Source of the DNA: Balanoglossus misakiensis
Lineage: Eukaryota > Animalia > Hemichordata
Direction: 5' to 3'
Length of the DNA: 64,000 bases
Assembly: GCA_040954595.2 (NCBI GenBank)
Contig: CM082592.2
Span: forward strand, 124,001-188,000
Shown: piece after piece, positions 27,699-39,107 of the stretch
How the letters are laid out: every line of letters begins with the position of its first letter
Position numbering within the stretch: the stretch's first letter is position 1
Made by a program: the position numbers and the translations under genes
The notes under the pieces: model-generated
What the model was told of the DNA's origin: nothing
Databases searched by the model: none
Seen by the model: the letters and a program-made list of their open reading frames with translations, nothing else

Positions 27699-28740
27699 TG
27701 TAGTGTCCAAACACTAGTGAGCGTCTATACTTTATACATTCTGTAAAATGACGTTATGCAACATTCGGGTCATTATGAATAAAGTGCGTGAACGAGGCTA
27801 GGCACTCTCACTCTTACATGCCGGACTTGGTGTCTCGTGTTGTCATTATTGCCCACCCACGATTCTATATTTGGCGACGAGGACGGAGAACATGGAGAAT
27901 CAGCTAGCCGTCAATGCCGAGTTTTCATGTTCATTCAGACCCGACAACCACCAGTACGAGATGGAAAAAGTACATGGCTAGAGTAGAAAACGCATTTGTC
28001 GCATTCAACATTACAGATGACAAGCGACAACGTGCACTGCTATTGCACTGGGCAGGTGAGGAAGTTTCCGACATCTTTGATACTCTACCAGATACAGGAA
28101 CGAGCTGTGAAACAGCCAAATTAAAGCTTACGTCGTACTTCTCACCCAAACAGAACATTGAATACGAACGATTCATCTTCAGAGACACCATACAAAACAA
28201 CGGCGAATCGATTGATGCCTATCACACTTGTTCGCAACGCCTAGCAGAAACATATGTGATCAAGAGGTCAAATCACAAATCATACGAGGATTCACATAAG
28301 CCCGTCTCAGACGTCGTGCTCTTCGGGAGGAGACGACACTAGAGAATCTACTGAGTACAGCCCGTTCGTTTGAGGTATCAGAGGTTCAGGCTAGTGGGAT
28401 TGAGGAGAAAACCCAAAATAATGGTGCAGATACGGCATCTGTGAATGCGGTCAGAAAACAGCGCCATCAACGCCCGAAACCAAATAAACAAAAGAGAGCT
28501 CATCAGCAGCCAGCGAAAGGACCGTCCACTTGTTATTATTGTGGTGGCACCTATCCACATGACTCAGTATGTCCAGCTAAAGGCAAGTCATGCAGGAAGT
28601 GTGGCAAACCTAACCATTTTTCCAAATGCTGCCGATCAAGAGGCAAGGCAAATAGGGTATACAAGGATGAAACTGTCAAAGCTGTGCATAAAGTGGAAGA
28701 CAGCTCGGGAGATGAATACTGCTTCACTGTCATTGTCACA
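27699..28740 (+). mobile_element. Truncated Ty3/Gypsy LTR retrotransposon: 5' LTR, PBS and frameshifted gag
   Basis: TG-start LTR with AATAAA (~27699-27869), PBS TGGCGACGAGGA at 27872, gag RWKKY...RALLLHWAG, Zn knuckles CYYCGGTYPH..CPA and CRKCGKPNHFSKCC. Confidence 0.88.
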
Positions 28741-28924
28741 GTCGCACAGAGCTCACACAAGAGGAAATTACACTTTCTGTTGAATTCACTGCATCCTGCT
28801 AACTTTAAGTCATATATCCACTGAAACATTAAGTTATCGAATTTTCCATCGCAGTATTCTGTTTTATATACATGTATAGCAGTCCCACACATATTGATTA
28901 ATTTGACAAAAGAAACTGACTTAC

Positions 28925-29041
28925 AATTTTCACAGCACTCCCCAGTATAGCATCCTTGGCAGGTGCACGTCAATGCCACACACAAGGTTAGGGTTGGCAA
29001 GTGCCGCCATTTTGACATGGGTTGTTAGCACTGATCAATTC
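28925..29041 (-). pseudogene. 8-Cys EGF-like exon, frameshifted
   Basis: GIDQC/NNPCQNGGTCQP/TLCVALTCTCQGCYTGECCEN; gtag/gtaagt. Confidence 0.78.
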
Positions 29042-29451
29042 CTACGCATGACAGAAAAATGAAGAATTAGGCTATGGGCCGGACCTGCCTATCGTTTCAA
29101 AATGCACTCTGTATATTAGGGTCTATTTCTTTTACATAAAAAGCAAGTCTTCTTGCATTAATATGATAAAAGAAAAAAAACTTCAACTTAAATATTGCGT
29201 CCTCAGAGGTAATATCGAGCCCTAAAAATCAGGTATGCTAATGCGGTTAAAGGTCGCGCAGTTCTCCTTATAACAAGCGATCTGATTGGTGGTTACGTGA
29301 CTGGACCAATCACAGAATGCGTTATGTCACTCAGCAGTTACACACACAGGGCAAACTATCAGCCAGCTACATGTATACTATTGTACATGTTACAGAAGAT
29401 TAAACAGAATTTTTGATAAGGAAAGTTTGAGCAGACTAGTCCATTCAATGT

Positions 29452-29602
29452 AAAAATAGTGTCAAGGTCACTGTGGTCCCATTTGAGGATTATGCGGAAA
29501 CAGTTACACACCATAATAAAAATTACAGGTGACATTGCAAGTGGATATGATCTTACGATATAGAAATATGGAATGTAAAAAAATTAAGATATGGTAAAGT
29601 AG
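29452..29602 (-). mobile_element. Isolated HINE 3' end
   Basis: Reverse strand reads ATGGGACC + AGTGACCTTGACACT hairpin + TT; ~130 bp matches 63572-63705 in inverted orientation. Confidence 0.7.
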
Positions 29603-30539
29603 GCCAAAATGACAGCGCCCTCTATTGGCCAGAAACAGACATTCACACTTTCCCCCCATTAATGGCACTTTTTAGTCATTTGTAACACTCAGAAACAGGA
29701 ATGTGGGTTGTAAAACATGCTTGCTACCATACATTCATGTGTATATTATCCTAATCCTGATATACATGTATCAGATCAATCTTGATTACATCTTCCTTCA
29801 CAGTAACAATGTCCACTGCTGTCAGACTAGACCTAAAGCACCTACAGAAACATGTGCATGACTTTTGGCCACTGATTTCCTGAGGTTGACTCTTTTCTTG
29901 GGCTTGACTAAGAGTTGTCCAACTTGATTTCCACTGGGATTCTGTTGGTTTGATATAGCTTTGCTAGGTTTCTCACAGCACGTGTTCTTTAGGAGCTGCC
30001 TGTATTCTCGAGAACCCTTGAATTTCTGGAGAAGAGGTGTTGTATTACCCCTTTGCATGACTTTGTGTATTGAACTGGTTGTTATTTCGAAGAACAAATT
30101 GTTCAATTAGTAACATACAAGATTGATCTGATGCATGTACATCAGGATTAGGATAATATTCAAAGGGATGTATGGCAGCAAGCATGTTTTACAACCCACA
30201 TTCCTGTCTCTGAGTGTTAAACTTGCCCAAAAAGTGTCATTAATGGGGGGAAAAGTGTAAATGTCAGTTTCTAGCCACTAGAGGGCGCTGTCTTTTGGGA
30301 TCCATATTGGAAAATGTCCGCCATGGGTCAATGAATAATTGTACCAAATTTCATGCTTTTAACCCAAAGTGCACAATTTTTAAGTATGAATGTCTGTTTC
30401 TGGCCACTAGAGGGCGCTGTCATTTTGGATCCATATCAGAAAATGGCCGCCATGGGTCAATGCATAAGTGTACCAAGTTTTATGCTTTTAACCCAAAGTG
30501 CACAATTATGCCAAAATGTGGGGTTAAGCTCCTGCACTA
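29603..30539. mobile_element. Left-truncated long-TIR element with CACTA-3' end (Academ-type termini); 179-bp relative at 44712-44890
   Basis: ~180-bp inverted arms 29604-29785 / 30117-30297; the 44712 copy has TAGTG...CACTA ends with 3-bp TSD TAG. Confidence 0.6.
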
Positions 30540-30692
30540 TATTACATATATTGTTCCCCATTAGGTACTCTGTTTACTGTTGACAGTTTATCGTTCAATG
30601 GTGCATTCTGATAATTTATTATGTAATGCTCTACATAAAAAAATTAATGTTCTTGAAACCAAAACCACATAATTATACAGCATAACTCTCAC

Positions 30693-30795
30693 CTTTCCAA
30701 AAGCTCCCACATAATCATTGTATTTCTGGCTGCCAACATTAAATTATGATGATTTCAAGGGAAAATTATCAGCTACCATATTGTTCAGACAACCT
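30693..30795 (-). pseudogene. PRKDC: Last DNA-PKcs exon present, in-frame TAA (30744-46)
   Basis: GCLNNMVADNFPLKSS*FNVGSQKYNDYVGAFGK vs human [32 protein letters not shown]. Confidence 0.88.
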
Positions 30796-31035
30796 CTGAA
30801 ATATATTTTTTGTGAATAGAATTTTATTAAAGGTCCCAATGATACATGTATATATATACAAATACCAAATGGTACCTGTAAAAATGTGATCATATTTTAT
30901 CCATTTATCCTCTAAATTCACGGCCTTGTATTTCACTAAACTAGATATGGATTTCAATAACATGTTATGATGTACTAAGTCAAGAATCCTAAGAAATGAC
31001 AATACTTTTTAACTGAAATGACTCTATATCCTTAA

Positions 31036-31817
31036 GATGGGGCACCCATATCATTTTACCCATTGCTATGGGTCGCTTTGGGACATTACACCCAGATTTG
31101 GACTAGTCTAAGAAGGGGCTGGTACCTAGTTGAAAATCTGCACAATTGTGAGCGCGTGCCCCCTGAAGCCATTCATATGAAAATTAGCTAACTCAGATTT
31201 CAAAATCCTACCACTTTTCAGTCTGTGACGTCAAATACGAAATTGATTACATATTTGTTAGGTGCTCGAACCAGAGAAGACCGTGAAGGAATTTGTTTTC
31301 GAATATCGTTGTTGTATCTGTGGATTTCAGCATACATATACCACCCCTGAACAAGTCACCGATTTTGGGTGTTTTTGGACGCACTCTTCCATCGGTATCG
31401 CTCTTAGTGCGTTGATAACCGCTAAATCGATCCTTCACGCTATGCGGAAGTGTGTTCTCTGTGAACAGATGAAATCGGACTAGCGTACGTGGCCTGTACA
31501 AAATGTCTTAGGGATTTTTTTTTACGATACTAAATCCAGTGTACAAAATCAGTGGAATTTTAGTGTTTGATCCAGTTACTGTGGTTACAGGATACTCACG
31601 CTGGCGCTGACCATTGCTTTGCCGTACTAGCATGGTGGCCTATGGCCGGTTGGTAGCTCCCGTATCCATACTTGGATACGGGGTGTGCACACAATCGTAC
31701 ATATTTTAACTACAGTAACAAGCCCCTTGTTGGACGTTCATAGTGGTTTTGTTCAAAAGCAAGTCAACTCTCCTGTAAAGGCCCACAGCAATGGCCAAAA
31801 GATACGGGTGCCTCATC
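31036..31817. mobile_element. TTAA-targeting MITE (related copy at 32853-33648)
   Basis: TTAA-GATGGGG...CCTCATC-TTAA; internal homology to 32853-33648. Confidence 0.8.
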
Positions 31818-31841
31818 TTAACACCTGAAATATGTACTCAC

Positions 31842-31999
31842 TGTAGCTGTGCAAGTTCTGGCTGTGGTAACCTTGCAAAGAAGTAAAGAATATCCAAGAC
31901 ACGGCTTTTGAATGCCAGTGATGTGGCAGCATTTGACAGCTCAGCCAGGTACATTTCAAAAACTGGTTTGAAAGCCACATGTTTGGGATCCGAAGACAA
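31842..31999 (-). pseudogene. PRKDC: DNA-PKcs exon (frame open)
   Basis: LSSDPKHVAFKPVFEMYLAELSNAATSLAFKSRVLDILYFF vs human [38 protein letters not shown]; ctcag/gtgagt. Confidence 0.88.
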
Positions 32000-32542
32000 C
32001 TGAGAACAAAGAATAGAAGAACACTTGTTGCATTAAGGATGTACGTTCAGTAAAATTGAAAGTATTGTCATTTTTTTTAATTGTGGATTTTTGGATTCTC
32101 CTTTGTATGTATAATGAAAATCCGTAATAAAATATAGGGGTAACCGCGCTTGTTTTTGAAATAAAGAGCCATGAATTTAGTCGATAATAGAAGAAAACTG
32201 CTGACTCAGCATTTTTCACCAATGGTTTGTCTATGGGCAAAATTTTTGACGCAATTTATCTAAAAATAGAGCGCGGTGACCCCTATATTTTATTTGACCA
32301 ATGAATTTATATTTGCTGGACTGAGCTATGTGTAAAATTTCGTGAAAATGACAATAGTAGAAGTTTGTTTTCTAGCAATTTTCAATGTAATCCTATGCGA
32401 AAAAGACCGGGCGCGCACTGTTTCCGGTTTATGTTCTGCGCGTACATCCTGAAAAATATCAATCAAAATTAAAGCTGTTGTGTCACAAAAATGATTCTTT
32501 TTACTTTAATTCAAAGAAGTATAAGGTAAAAACTCCTTTTAT

Positions 32543-35500
32543 AGGGACAAAGTCTCTCTCTTGCTGCCCTTTTTTCATTAATTATAGATATAGTGAATCA
32601 GCGTTCAACCACACAGAACTTCCATCCTGTTTGTAGGATATGAGAGTAAAATCTCACCCAAATGAAAAAATGGTGAACACTGATTATTCATTTTGGAGAG
32701 CGTTTCCCTATCGTGCCTTCAAAAGGGATGGAAGTTGTGTGTGGTCAAACGTGATTCACTATATATCCACATGTAGAATAACATAAACGGTGTCTTGTAT
32801 CAAACATAATTAATGGAAAAGGGGCAGCGAGAGAGAGACTTTGTCCCTTTAAGATGGGTCCCCCGGATCTTTTTGCCCGTTGCTATGGGCCTTTGTAGGA
32901 CATTACACCCCGATTTGGACTAAGCCGTTTTCAGAGTCTAACAAGGGGCTGGTAACTAGTTGAAAATCTGCACGATTGTGAGCGCGCGCCCCCTGACGCC
33001 ATTGATATGCAAATTAGCTAGGTCAAATTTCAAAAAGCCTAAGGCTTTTTATTCCGTGACCTCAAAAACGAACTTGATACGTATTCATTAGTTGCTTGAA
33101 CCAGGGAAGATCGTGACGGATTTTGTTTTCAAATATTATCGTTGTATCCTACGATTTCAGCATACCCGTACCACACCTGAAAAAGTCATCGATTTTGGGT
33201 GTTTTTGGACGCACTCTTCCACCGGTATCGCTTCTTAGCACGACGAAAACCGAAAAAACGATCCGTCACACTGTGCGGAAGTGCGTTCTCAACAAGCAGG
33301 TCAAATTTGGCTGGCCTACGTCGCCTGTGAAAAAAGCCTTAGGGATTTTCGTGAACGGTACAAAATCTCTGTGTACAAAACATTGGAGTTTTAGCGTTCG
33401 ATCCAGTTACTGTGGTTACAGGACGCGCACGCTATCGCTGACCGCTGCTTTGCCGTATTAGCGTGGCGGCCTATGTCCGGGTGGTAGCTGCCGTCACCAT
33501 ACTCAGACAGGGGGTGTGCACACAATCATGTGTATTTTTAACTAGTTACAAGCCCCTTGTCGGACGTTCATAACGGTTGCGATCAAAATTGAGTTTAGTG
33601 TCCTATAAAGGCCTATAGCAACGGGCAAAAAGATCAGGGGGACCCATCTTAAGTGGTTGGAAAGGCTATTTTTGAAGCAAATTCTCTCAATGTTTGTGAA
33701 TTTATTTTCACAAGTTAGAATAAAGATAATGACTTGAAATTTGCAGCAAGTTTTTGTTAACAAACTAAAAAGTGAGGGAAAAATATGACTGTAAAAATAC
33801 CTGCTAAAATTATGAAATTTGATAGGCCTAAATATAAATATTCATAATTTTACAAAACATTGATTGAATCTTGACATGTTTTCACAAATTATTGAATAAT
33901 TTGTATTCATTTTAATATTAAGCAACCCCTCAAGCAATGTACGGGACATTTTCAGCATAAACTTATTTTTTTTAAGTTATCAGTCAGGAAAATATAGCGT
34001 CAAGGACACTGTGGTCCCATTTGAGGACATAGCAATAATCATATCTGCTCTGGATGCCAAGATATGGAAAAGTAGGTCAAAGGTCACCTGAGGTCATGCA
34101 AAATTTGGGCAAGAAATTTTGACCCTATACTGGTCCATGTTCCACAAAAACCAAACCTATAGCCCTATTGGTTAGCCTGTAATTAGGTATGCACATAATT
34201 AATGAGATATGCAGGTGTCACAGGTGACCCCCAATTTTGGCTTTTCAATTTTAGTCCCAACCCTCCAAACAAGAAGTCTGTACCTGCTCTGGATGCCAAG
34301 AAATGATAAAGTAGGTCAAAGGTCACCTGAGGTCATGCAAAATTTGGGCAAGAAATGTTGACCTTATACTGGTCCATGTTCAATAAAAACCAAACCTATA
34401 GCCTTATTGGTTAGCCTGGAATTAGGTATGCACATAATTAATGAGAAATGCAGGTGTCACAGGTGACCCCCAATTTTGGTGCTAACCCTCCAAACGCCAT
34501 GTCTGTACCTGCTCTGGGTGCCAAGATATGGTAAAGTAGGTCAAAGGTCACCTAAGGTCATGCAAAATTTGGGCAAGAAATTTTGACCCTATACTGGTCC
34601 ATGTTCAACAAAAACCAAACCTATAGCCTTATTGGTTAGCGTGGAATTAGGTATGCACATAATTAATGAGATATGCAGGTGTCACAGGTGACCCCCAATT
34701 TGGGCTTTTCAATTTTAGTGCCAATCCTCCAAACGCCAAGTCTGTACCTGCTCTGGATGCCAAGATATGATAAAGTAGGTCAAAGGTCACCTGAGGTCAT
34801 GCAAAATTTGGGCAAGAAATTTTGACCTTATACTGGTCCATGTTCAATAAAAACCAAACCTATAGCCTTATTGGTTAGCCTGGAATTAGGTATGCACATA
34901 ATTAATGAGATATGCAGGTGTCACAGGTGACCCCCAATTTTGGTGCTAACCCTCCAAACGCCATGTCTGTACCTGCTCTGGATGCCAAGATATGGTAAAG
35001 TAGGTCAAAGGTCACCGTAGGTCATGCAAAATTTGGGCAAGAAATTTTGACCCTATACTGGTCCATGTTCAACAAAAACAAAACCTATAGCCTTATTGGT
35101 TAGCCTGGAATTAGGTATGCACATAATTAATGAGATATGCAGGTGTCACAGGTGTCCCCCAATTTGGGCTTTTCAATTTTAGCGCCAATCCTCCAAACGC
35201 CAAGTCTGTACCTGCTCTGGATGCCAAGATATGGAAAAGTAGGTCAAAGGTCACCTGAGGTCATGCAAAATTTGGGCAAGAAATTTTGACCCTATACTGG
35301 TCCATGTTCAACAAAAACCAAACCTATAGCCCTATTGGTTAGCCTGGAATTAGGTATGCACATAATTAATGAGATATGCAGGTGTCACAGGTGACCCATA
35401 TTTTGGCTTTTCAATTTTAGTCCTAACCCTCCAAACGCCAAGTCTGTACCTGCTCTGGATGCCGAGATATAGGAAAGTAGGTCAAAGGTCACCTGAGGTC

Positions 35501-37164
35501 ACCCAAAATTTGGGCAAGAAATTTTGACCCTATACTGGTCCATGTCCCACAAGAACGAAACCTCTAGTTAGCCCGGAATTAGGTATGCACATAATTAATG
35601 TGTTAAGCAGGTGTTACAGGTGAGCCCAAAAATTTGCCTTTTATTTTGGCCCCATTGTGCTCACTGACCAATAGACAGTCACTGTACAGGACTATTGCAC
35701 AGACCAGAATTCCACAATAAGGTGTGGACATAGCTTAACCATAGAGGTATAAGTAAAGGTATAAATTTAATTAAAAATTCATAAAAAATAAAACATCCAT
35801 GATATCAATTTAACACTTACAGGTCGGTGTGAGGTTGACAAAAGGTACATACATACAAATTTTCAAAGCAAACTGACCAGTAATTGGTGACTTACAGAGT
35901 TTTGATCAATTTCACATTTTACAAGCTAATTTGCATATTTTTGGGCCTGGCAACTTCGTTTGGACAAACTCCCATCTACAGCCCAGCCTGCACCTACACA
36001 CCAAATATTGACGTGATACGCGCAGCGGTTTTCAAGTTTTTGATGTGGACGGACATACAGACATACATCCATACATCCATACATCCATCCATCCATCCAT
36101 ACATACATACAGACGCAACCCATCCCATAAGGTCCCATGGTATATAGGCCTATACCCATGGGACCTAAAAACAGTTTTTGTTGATATTTTGTATACAACT
36201 TGAACGTGCTACAAAAACACACCGGGAAAATTTATGCAAAAACTGCTCCGTTAAATTGTTCTTTTGGATGTTCCGAGCCTTTCCTGAAAGTTTCATGATA
36301 AAAAAATTATCTGGCATACCAATTCAATCACAAATAAAAACCATAACATTATGGCGAAGGGCAGAAAAGTAGCGAAATACGCAAGGTTTAGCGGCAGTTC
36401 ACGGCAAAGGATCGCATTTATCTGGGTCAAACTCCTTTCCGCTGGCCTTTGGGGTTCCCAAGAAGCGTAAAAATGTCCATAATTTGGCAGCCTTTAATGT
36501 ACAAGCAAGGCTATCTATCGCTGAATATTGCAAGAATCAGTGTTTGCAAGTTACATTTAAATGCCCTTGGCTAGGGGAACCCGTCCTTGTGCGCATGCGT
36601 AGCGTCTTGTATAGCAACAAGTCGCTGTGGGAGTCCTACATCGCTGGTTGAGTATATGCGTTTGCCTGTTCCGTGAGCGTGACACGAGTGGGTAAAAATT
36701 GATGCGAAAGCTTCAATTTTTTAGTCCGAAAGTGGACTTACAGCAAAACGTGTCAAACGTACAAGCAGCCAGGGCCAAGAGAGACTACTAGTCCGAGCAG
36801 GACAGGGGAAGAATCTGAACATGGACCGGTCGAACACGGCAGTCAATCATACGCACGTAACGCAGTCAACCATTGCCAATCAAGAGTCGAGCTCACTCCG
36901 TTGGCGTAAAAAGATGTTCTATCGAGTGGCAGTGGAGAATTTACAGATTTTTCAAACAACCTCAATTATATGCCGTCGATAATAAGATTCCCTAGCTTCC
37001 TTGCCAGGTGTATGAAATTAGCTATCATAAAACCAGCCATATCTTGTTACACGTTTATTGCCCAGAATTTTTCAATGTTTTAATTTTTCTCAAATACATT
37101 TTTAGATATAAATTCAGTGGTTTTAAATGAAATTTTAACTGACACCCTAGCATTTCCAACCACC
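32543..37164. mobile_element. Chain of three TTAA-targeting elements (32543-32848, 32853-33648, 33653-37164)
   Basis: TIRs AGGGACAAAGTCTCTCTC, GATGGGTCCCC and (G)GTGGTTGGAAA separated by single TTAA tetramers. Confidence 0.7.
33991..36168 (-). mobile_element. Complete HINE/DINE-1-like element with 7-unit satellite array
   Basis: Minus strand: TT-AGGTCCCATGG...CCATGGGACC 5' hairpin, (GTAT/GGAT)n, tandem repeats, 3' ATGGGACC subTIR + AGTGTCCTTGACGCT hairpin + TT. Confidence 0.85.
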
Positions 37165-37556
37165 TTAATTGGGTGTTTACTTTTTGAAACATTACAAATA
37201 AAAGTGTGCACAATGAGTTGTCCGGAGACATAATTCAAAATTCATAGACCGATAACTTCACTCGGTAATACCACAGGATCTGCAATATATTTACATTTCT
37301 CCAGCTAGCGAGAGAGGCAGTTTATTTACCATTAGGAAATGTAAATTGTATGTGAAGCATACGGTTACAGGTGACACACTCATTTAATCGGCCTCCATGC
37401 AAAGTGTACAAAACTGATACAAATACAAGCAAAACAGCTTGATGATTCTAAAGAATAGGGAAAAGATTTTATTGTAGAAAAAATGTGTGAAATGTGGCAG
37501 CTCAGGGGGCTTTCATGGTGTGCCATACAGGCTTAATTTAGATTCAAATGACCAAC

Positions 37557-37692
37557 CTTGGAATCAATCTGCAAGAGTTTCTTCAGCAAAATGATAACAG
37601 AACTTCTCTGGTCAGGAGTAGCACCATCACTCCACCAGGACTTCAATAAATTCCAGTTAGATAATATGGCTGCGTGTACTGTCATGCCTTGA
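37557..37692 (-). pseudogene. PRKDC: DNA-PKcs exon (frame open)
   Basis: QGMTVHAAILSNWNLLKSWWSDGATPDQRSSVIILLKKLLQIDSK vs human [45 protein letters not shown]. Confidence 0.92.
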
Positions 37693-38758
37693 CTGAAATA
37701 ATTATTGAAGAACATCCACAAAAAACTAATATGATGTAGTAGGGTTTGATGACAAGTAGTGTACACAATGGAATTCTGTTTTCCAGTTGCAATTTTTTTA
37801 GTATTTGAAGTTATGGGTGTGAAGTTTGTTTAATCATGAAATCAGTTTATAACACACCTCATCCACAGTCAGTGTTCTCATTCATTAATCAATAGTCAAG
37901 TAGTACGCGTTCTTTTTGTGCTGATCCATATAAAATGATGTCATCAGCCATCAGTTGTTGGAACTGTTGCACGCCGGGCATCAGTTCCAAAAAATGATGC
38001 CTGCTCACATCAAAAACAACATGTTGGGCATGTGCGATATAGAAAGCAAACAAAGATGTCATCTGCGGCCGAAGGAAAGGATAGTTGAGAAATTTCACCA
38101 TACAATTTTTGTATCGTGAGTTCTTATGCGTAGCTGCGAATGAGATGTGTTACAAAACACATATTGACTGGCTTTTCAGGCATCAGCATACGTCTTTCAC
38201 CCCTCGGGACTGTGAGTCACCCCCAAAACAGACTGTTTCCCGAGGGCGAAGGTCAAGTGAAACAGTCTGTTTTGGGGATGACTCGCACTCCCTTGGGTTA
38301 CAGATGTATGCTGATGCCCTTATAGCCAGTCAACATGTGTATAATGTGCAGTCATGTAGGGTGCATCAATTTCACACTGATACATACAAAAGAGGACTTA
38401 CCAGTCAAAAGTTACATTGTCAGGCAACAGTTCCGAAAACTGTTAAACTGTTGCCTGGCTAGGTTGGAAAGCACCATCTAGACATGCACACTCCAGAAAA
38501 CTACAAGTGCAATATTATCTTTGCCTGAGACCAACTTGATGACAGTGGAGAAATGTCCTGATTTTATGCTACTGTTGGATGAGGTCTGTTATAAAACACA
38601 TATGGACTGGCCGTATTCACGTACCGGTAAGAGCATAATTATGTTTGTAGGGACTGCGAGTCACCCAAAAACAGTCTGTTTTGGGGCGATTTATTTTGGG
38701 GTGACTCACAGATCCGAGGGGACACAATTTTAGTGGCAATTGATTCTGAGAAGCTTAC

Positions 38759-39008
38759 TTTTTCCTAAGGTCTCTATTGTTGGTGATGTGATCCAGCAAT
38801 CCATTCAGTATGGTACTAATAACAGTGGAGTTTGACACTGCCTCCTTCATCAGTGTCTGTGTGACTTCCTGTGCATGCAATGCAAGCTGGGTATTGATGG
38901 GTATTTTGAACTGACTGTAGAAGGCTATCCCATATATCCTGTGTAGACCTCTGCAGCACTTGATTTGACAGCCGTCTTGTTCAAAAGCCCTCTTAGAAGC
39001 TCTTTTGA
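38759..39008 (-). pseudogene. PRKDC: DNA-PKcs exon with frameshift
   Basis: SKELLRGLLNKTAV...(fs at GGA TA TAT GGG) YGIAFYSQFKIPINTQL...VISTILNGLLDH vs human HGEYFYSLFSETINTEL...MVSAVLNGMLDQ. Confidence 0.88.
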
Positions 39009-39107
39009 CTGTGGAGAACAGTTGAAATCAAACTCTTTTGAACTGTACATGTATTACATCTTGTTCACAAGACTGAAAAACGGCCAGAAAGTGAAACACA
39101 AAGCTAG

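Noticed and set aside
29822-30106. 94-aa ORF inside the long-TIR element as a transposase remnant
   Set aside because: No recognisable motif; cannot be supported without a search.
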